From: Tetramitus jugosus
Lineage: Eukaryota > Protista > Heterolobosea
Length of the DNA: 64,000 nt
Direction of reading: 5' to 3'
NCBI GenBank assembly: GCA_937625935.1
Contig: OW569371.1
Coordinates: 62,001-126,000, forward strand
Under the pieces are notes generated by a model. It was not told the DNA's origin and did not search any database. It saw nothing but the letters and a program-made list of their open reading frames with translations. A program made the position numbers and the translations under genes. Numbering within the stretch: position 1 is the stretch's first letter; every line of letters begins with the position of its first letter. Of this stretch, positions 57,861 through 64,000 are shown one piece after another.

Positions 57861-60149
57861 ATGTACTCCAGGAACAGGAGTCTAAAGGTCCATCTGGACA
57901 ATGTGTGTGACTTGGAGCCTCCGACTACATCTCGGTACTACAATTGCTCATTGACTCCATCTTCTTCTACTTCTCTCGAAGATATAGGCCATGTGTTTCA
58001 GAGTAGTACAATGAAGATGCACAAGGCCAACTTGGCTGCAACAACATTGCAGTACCAAAATCAACAACACGAACATAGGAGTCAAAGAGTAAGTAGATGT
58101 TCCGAGCCGGAGATGAGAAAATCGAACGATACAATGGAGGAAATAGACCAAGTACACTCTTCTGATCAAGATGAGGATCACCACCCCAACCATAATGGAA
58201 ACCAAGGCGCATTGTTTCTCAATATATCGAAATCGAAGCCCAAGGTAGATGTACTTCTCGGACTGAGAGGAAGCATATCTCCTCTTCCAACTCATCGAGC
58301 CCACCTACAATCAATTGCAAATTATCTAAATTCAAAAACTCCTTCTAGTTGTTCTTCGAGTTGTTCTACCGATAGAAGTGTATCGACTGGTGAGAGATCG
58401 CCTCAATCAGCAAAGAGAGGTATTATGGAGATCAGTTCTAAACCTCAAGAGGATTTGAGTTACGAGGAGTTAACTCCATCTAGCAATCCACTACGAGATG
58501 TAGAGCAGTGTTGTACAAATTTATCTTCAGAGAGTTGGGAAATTCAATTGAGAGGAATTATACTGGTGAGAAGATTGGCAAGGTATCATTCTAGCACATT
58601 GATACCTCACATTCATCAAATTCTCGTATTATTGACAGGCTTTGTGAATAATTTGAGATCTTCTCTGTCCAAGAATGCGATTATATGTTATGGAGAGATG
58701 TTCAGAGCCATCGGGAGAGAGATTGATAGTGAATTGGATCTGATAGTGCCCAGTCTAGTGAAAAAGACTGCAGAAGCCAACAGATTTATCAATAGTGAAG
58801 CAGAAAAGACGTTGTTGTCCATCATTCATAACAGCAGCCCTGAGAAGGCATTATCGTCATTATTGCAATTCTCGGAACAGAAGAGTGCTTCTATTAGAGC
58901 AACTTCTGCGATGTTACTGAATGAATGTGTCCAGAGGTGTCAAGTCCGTATCATTAAGAGCAAGGAGTTAGGGAGGCTGTTACAAGCAGTGACGAGATAT
59001 TTAGATGATGGCAGTTTTGAATCGAGAAGGTGGGGCAGAACTCTCGCATATAATCTCTCCAATTATTGCGAAGGACAATCCGAATTCGAACTCGCGCTTC
59101 GAAAGAATCTGAGTAATGAAAAGATTAAAACATTTAGAGATGCTGCCAACAAGGGTATTCCAGTGGGTAGTACAACAGAAACAAGGAATCGATTGATTCC
59201 TAGAGTCAAACATGTTTCTTCCAAGTCTGGTCTAACAGGGAATGGCACTCCAAAATCCCCGAAAGAAATGACTGAAGATACATCTGGAATAGGAGTGTTA
59301 AGACCTACTATTTCAAAAACTACAGTTCCTCCAGCAATCATACGTGCCACGAAAAGTGCTCCCTCTTCTCGTTCACTCCCTGTCCCACTCTCTGTAACCA
59401 AACGTCCACACTCCCACAAGCGAACATCCTCCCACTCTTCTACTCCCATCAACAGTCAAACCTCTGACCGTCTACAGCTTATTTATCGTTCAATGACTTC
59501 ATCAGATTGGATTATGAGAAATCAAGGCATTACTCAACTTCAAGATTTTATATTCGAGAATTCCAGGAATATGTTTCAACAAACAGATTTGATAGTTCAG
59601 ATGTTTGACAACATGCTCCCTAGATTGAGCGACTCCAATTCAAAGGTCAACATATTTGCATATCGAACTCTACTGCAGATCATTCCAATTCTGTCAGAGT
59701 ATTTGGAACCAGTGTGCAATAGACTGTTTCAATCAGTGTGCTCCAGCCTCTCATCGACCAACAGTCAAATTCGGGCTTTGGCCGAAGAATCGATCGATAT
59801 TCTGGTTGAATTCGTACCTGTATCCTTCCTTGTCCCCTGTATTCCCCAGGTTGTGAACAATGCCAAAAACAGAGAAATCGTGCTGGAGAATATACGAGAT
59901 CGATTACTGCCCAAAGCATACCAAGAGAAGCCCCTTCTAATCCAAAAGTACATTGTTCCACTGGCGTGCAAAAGTTACAGAGAAGGAGGAACGAGTCTAA
60001 GGAACTCCTACTTGTCCATACTTCGATCATTGTATTCTCTGTATTCTGAACAAGACTGTTCGAGAGGAAAAGAACTTTTGAATCTCATATCCAACCATGT
60101 GACAAACGAAGATTACATTTCAATCCACAATTTCCTTCATAAACATTAA
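57861..60149 (+). CDS. TOG/CLASP-N HEAT-repeat protein (TOGARAM/Crescerin-like)
   Basis: WEIQLRGI...VNNLRSSLSKNA...NRFINSEAEKTL; second TOG DWIMRNQGI...PRLSDSNSKVN. Confidence 0.82.
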   Translation: MYSRNRSLKVHLDNVCDLEPPTTSRYYNCSLTPSSSTSLEDIGHVFQSSTMKMHKANLAATTLQYQNQQHEHRSQRVSRCSEPEMRKSNDTMEEIDQVHSSDQDEDHHPNHNGNQGALFLNISKSKPKVDVLLGLRGSISPLPTHRAHLQSIANYLNSKTPSSCSSSCSTDRSVSTGERSPQSAKRGIMEISSKPQEDLSYEELTPSSNPLRDVEQCCTNLSSESWEIQLRGIILVRRLARYHSSTLIPHIHQILVLLTGFVNNLRSSLSKNAIICYGEMFRAIGREIDSELDLIVPSLVKKTAEANRFINSEAEKTLLSIIHNSSPEKALSSLLQFSEQKSASIRATSAMLLNECVQRCQVRIIKSKELGRLLQAVTRYLDDGSFESRRWGRTLAYNLSNYCEGQSEFELALRKNLSNEKIKTFRDAANKGIPVGSTTETRNRLIPRVKHVSSKSGLTGNGTPKSPKEMTEDTSGIGVLRPTISKTTVPPAIIRATKSAPSSRSLPVPLSVTKRPHSHKRTSSHSSTPINSQTSDRLQLIYRSMTSSDWIMRNQGITQLQDFIFENSRNMFQQTDLIVQMFDNMLPRLSDSNSKVNIFAYRTLLQIIPILSEYLEPVCNRLFQSVCSSLSSTNSQIRALAEESIDILVEFVPVSFLVPCIPQVVNNAKNREIVLENIRDRLLPKAYQEKPLLIQKYIVPLACKSYREGGTSLRNSYLSILRSLYSLYSEQDCSRGKELLNLISNHVTNEDYISIHNFLHKH

Positions 60150-60342
60150 GTTATTCATCTTTCATCCAATAATCCGATCGGTTCCATCAAATCAGTTCTA
60201 ACTAAATTCATGCAAGACACAAAGAAGTCTCTCATGTTTTTCTCATTTGTTTCGTTGCTCGTTCAATCAAATTAGGGAACAATTCACAACTTGAATTTCC
60301 GCCAAATAATTCCTCCGCTTGTGATCAAAAAACAACGAAAAA

Positions 60343-61251
60343 ATGAGCCACACAGCAACAACTACCAGCAACAATCCTTCTGTGGATACACCGAATGAAA
60401 CCATCTATGTAAACAACTTGAATGAAAAGATCAAAGTACCAGGTAAGTCTCCACTTTTTGCGGATTCTTCCAAACAACACACACTTTTTGTCATAACAAC
60501 AACAAAATTCTCATTTTGGACCAAATTTTTCTTTACTAAATTGTGCATGTGTGAAATTGTTCAATATATAGAGCTAAAGAAGCAATTGTATAACATGTTT
60601 AGTCAATTCGGTCCAATTCTCGATGTCATTGCCAGTCGAAGCATGAGAACACGTGGTCAAGCATGGATCGTTTTTGACAATAAGCAAACTGCGCTGGCAG
60701 CCAAGAAAAAAATGGACGGAACCATTTTTTATGATAAGCCCATGCATGTTCAATTCTCAAAAACAAAGAGCGATGCGATTGCAAAGCTCGATGGATCGAT
60801 TCACAAGCAAAAACAAGACAGAGAAGAAAAGAGGAAACAGTATGAAGCAAACAAGAAGAAGCAACAAATGATGAAGAGTGATAGGTCATTGGGCAGTAGA
60901 GACGCAAGTGACGAGAGACCATCAAAGAGAATGAGAACTGCTGCAGCAGCAACTGAGCCATCATCGACTGGAGCAACGAACGCAGCAGCGAATACCATGA
61001 TGATGAACGAACCAAACAAGATTTTGTTTGTTGAGAATTTGCCTGCGGAGATTAGTGGTGAAGAAGCTCGGCAATCATTGGAAGATCTGTTTCAGAGCAA
61101 TGTTGGATTCAAGGAGTTGCGTTTGATTCCTGTAAAGGGATGGGCGTTTGCAGAGTTTGAGAGCGAGATTCATGCAGCGAACGCATTGAGTCAATTGCAG
61201 GGATTCATGGTCAAGAATCAAGCAATGAAAATTACTTTTGCGAACAAGTAA
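60343..61251 (+). CDS. U1A/U2B''-family spliceosomal RRM protein; intron 60443-60571
   Basis: PNETIYVNNLNEKIK, FSQFGPILDV, RGQAW, FYDKPM...KTKSD; second RRM PNKILFVENLP...MKITFA. Confidence 0.92.
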   Translation: MSHTATTTSNNPSVDTPNETIYVNNLNEKIKVPGKSPLFADSSKQHTLFVITTTKFSFWTKFFFTKLCMCEIVQYIELKKQLYNMFSQFGPILDVIASRSMRTRGQAWIVFDNKQTALAAKKKMDGTIFYDKPMHVQFSKTKSDAIAKLDGSIHKQKQDREEKRKQYEANKKKQQMMKSDRSLGSRDASDERPSKRMRTAAAATEPSSTGATNAAANTMMMNEPNKILFVENLPAEISGEEARQSLEDLFQSNVGFKELRLIPVKGWAFAEFESEIHAANALSQLQGFMVKNQAMKITFANK

Positions 61252-61551
61252 TAATGACGATGATGATGATGAGGATATTAGGATTAGGAGGAGATGCCGA
61301 AAAATCATGTATATATTGAACCGGGTGAAGAACAATTGAACCGTTGTTGGATATTTTGCATCGATGACTCAACAGTGTGACCTCATGTGTGACAAACTTT
61401 TCCATCTATAAAACAAAAACATAATGAAGCATTTTATGTGTATTCGCCATAGTCAAAACGATGCATGCTTATATTTTGTCATCCGAATTGCTATTGTTTC
61501 CTGTGATATATTTTACAGTGCGCCGATAGAGAGATTACTAACTGTATGGTG

Positions 61552-63674
61552 TTATTGACTCGATTCAACATACGAGCGAAAGAGTGATATTCGTTGCATC
61601 ATCGAACGTGCCTCAAAAAAGTCATCATCTTCATCTAAGTCCATTTCCGCCTCTCCCTTCTCCAATAGTTTTCTGAACTGTTGAATCTCTTCATTCTCCA
61701 TTTTTTGAATTATTTTGCTAGCGGGGACAGCGGATGCCAGAGGGTCATTGCGTTTAGTGCTGGTTGTCTTCTGCTTCTGCTTTGGCTTAGCTGTGCTACT
61801 ACTCTTTGTGGATTTTGAAGTATTTTTTGTTTTCTCTGTTTCTTTCGAGCTCAGTTTTGAGCTCGATGTTCTCTTTGAATTTGAGGGTAGCTGTGCGGTA
61901 GTTCCGTTTCTAACAGTAGAAGGCTTAATACTTGATTTCGGAGGATATGGCTTCTCCAGCTCATCGAAACTTGTTTGAGAACTCATTGAAGATTCATCAC
62001 CATTTTGGTTACCCTCCTGTTCGCTTGAGGATATTGACGACTCAGAAAAGTGCTTGGATAGAGCGAGACGCCTGGCTCTCTTTATCGCTTCTTTCTTCAT
62101 TTCTTCCGATGAAGAAGCCATATGACCCATCGGAAGCCACGAATAAGCATCCTTCTGAGCTTTCTTCATAACTGAGCGAGGTGAAAATAAATCTTCATCT
62201 TCTGATTGTTCACTGGAATCATCTTCCGTACCACCAACATTGGATTCTTTCTCAGGAGTTAACTCCGCTGGGAATGCTTCATTTCTGCTCATATCGCCTG
62301 AGATTGGCTGTGACTGAACCGAAGAAGCAGTTGTCATCATTGTGTCGTTAGTACTCTGAACAGACTCGTTCATGGAGTTTCTTCTTTTCTTGAGCACGAC
62401 TCTCCTCTTTGAGTTACTTGATGAAGGTTGGTTGCGTCGATCCCTTTCGATGTGTTCATATAAATGTGATAGGGTGAACGCTTCGTTTGGATTAAAGGCT
62501 AGCCCTCCTACTCCATGGTAAATTGGTTTCTTCTTCTGAAACATTTCTTTAACTTCCTTGCTGTTGATTTTCTTAGCTATTATTTTCCTCAACTCTTTCG
62601 GATCCAAATGATTGCTATGAGAATATGATTTCTCATTCCAACTATGATTACTCAAGTTTTGAGATTGGGAATTTGAAGTTTTGATAGATTGACTACTGTC
62701 AACGGATAGTTGATCATCCCCCAAACTCCTCCTCATCTTCCTCTTGATCGGTACTCCAGTCTGTATGTTCGTGATGAGAACGGAATTGCTCGTTGTTGGA
62801 TCATTCTCCTTAACATGACTCCGAGGAAAGTAAGAAAGGGAGGAATTGCTTCTACTCTTAGGAGTCGCTAAGATATTCATTAAATCGTTGTAAGAATCTC
62901 GAGCATTAATAAACATTGCTTCTTCGTCAGTTAAATCATTATTAGCTTGGAGATACAGATCTATATCCTGCAAATCTCGTTGACTTGGACTGTATGAAGT
63001 TGTTGAAGTGTTCTCACCTCTCGTCTGTGTGTAGTCTATCATCATATTTGCCTCTCCTAGATCATCCAAGAATAGATCTCTAGAAGTTGACTTATGTCCA
63101 ATTCCCAGCTTTTGAAAAGCCAATTGTTCCTCCAAGCTCGGTTTTTTGATAAAGTCGAATGCTTCTGTATCTAGATAATCAGTTTTCAAATGCAAATCAG
63201 CTGCCTCTAGTAATGATAGTCTCTTTCGATTGTCCTCCAGTGTTTCCTTGTCATGCTCTGCTATGGCTCTCATAGACTACAATACAGTTAGTAAAATATC
63301 GTTTCCTCGATATGAAAGGTGCCCATATCAATACATACTTCCGTAAGGATCATGTTCTCAGCCCCTGGCGACTCTTCAACAGAGTTCATGGCAATTGGAG
63401 TAACATCGACTGAATGTCGAGAATGATCATTGCTCCTATTAATCAATGGATACTCACTTTGAGATTTTGCACCTAGACTTGTTCTGGTACTCTGTTGGAT
63501 GTGGTGCTGTTGAAGTAGTTGGGATATCGAAGATTCTTCGTCGCTTGAGTCATAGTAAGACAATTCCTTATCATAATCATATTCTCTTGGCATCACTTTT
63601 CGAGACATTCCTACGACAATGTTGTCTGATAAATTCTTGTTTCTCCCGCTTCGATGTTGTTTATTGTAGTTCAT
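61552..63674 (-). CDS. Hypothetical Ser/Lys-rich protein; intron 63277-63338
   Basis: Intron GTATGT...TACTAAC...GTAG joins ORFs 63288-63674 and 61552-63273 in frame (ILTE|SMRA). Confidence 0.65.
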
Positions 63675-63813
63675 CGAAAACGGTTTCTGTTTCTCCGTTA
63701 ACTATTTTCTCCGTTTACTTCATCCTGCATGATGAACTTTTCCCAATTCCATGTTTGAGATCATAACAACAAGGAAAGTGAAAAAAAACCAACCAAAACA
63801 ACAATCGTAAAAA

Positions 63814-64000
63814 ATGAGCAATCATCAACCAAGCTACGATCTTCCTCTACCACCTCCATCTTCATCCTCATCCATCAATCCAGAACTCATCAACAAAGCA
63901 GTCGGAATTATTATTCCGCCGTCGGAGATTCAGGTCGTCATTAATAAAACAGCAGAGTTTATAGCTCAGAATGGTGCTGATTTCGAGAACAAGCTACTCC
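63814..64000 (+). CDS. SF3A1: Splicing factor 3A subunit 1 (Prp21), SURP domain; 5' end only
   Basis: Manual translation gives VGIIIPPSEIQVVINKTAEFIAQNGADFENKLL. Confidence 0.85.
   Translation, partial: MSNHQPSYDLPLPPPSSSSSINPELINKAVGIIIPPSEIQVVINKTAEFIAQNGADFENKLL

Noticed and set aside
60343-64000. Two spliceosomal genes (U1A/U2B'', SF3A1) within 3 kb
   Set aside because: They are separated by an unrelated gene; no evidence beyond chance proximity.
1-64000. CRISPR arrays, prokaryotic operons or an alternative genetic code
   Set aside because: No spaced direct-repeat array was found. Spliceosomal introns and eukaryotic genes occur throughout, and TAA, TAG and TGA all appear as normal stops.

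Overview
Gene-dense, intron-poor nuclear DNA of a unicellular eukaryote. It uses the standard code and short GT-AG introns, often with CTAAC/TACTAAC branch points, and has many poly-N/Q/S tracts. Axonemal dynein, IFT52 and a TOG-array protein imply a flagellate stage. A Naegleria-like heterolobosean is my best inference, not proven. About 30 protein genes are present, including spliced or window-truncated genes the ORF track misses or splits (RPS28, the dynein, an MSP-FAM114-like fusion, a RING-BTB-pentapeptide protein, SF3A1). There are two transposons. The first is an intact pogo-family DD36D element with perfect 27-bp TIRs and a TA duplication (24543-26269). The second is a 4.4-kb APE/RT non-LTR retrotransposon with a poly(A) tail and 16-bp TSD (46291-50670). 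It sits head-to-head, 46 bp upstream of an intron-containing tRNA-Glu(TTC). This geometry matches the tRNA-targeting Dictyostelium TRE5 elements and is the top candidate for an undescribed system. Also notable are a probable Ntox11 polymorphic-toxin-domain gene, a bacterial-like malectin-Kelch secreted protein and a decaying tandem duplication. All family assignments come from motif recognition by eye, not database searches.
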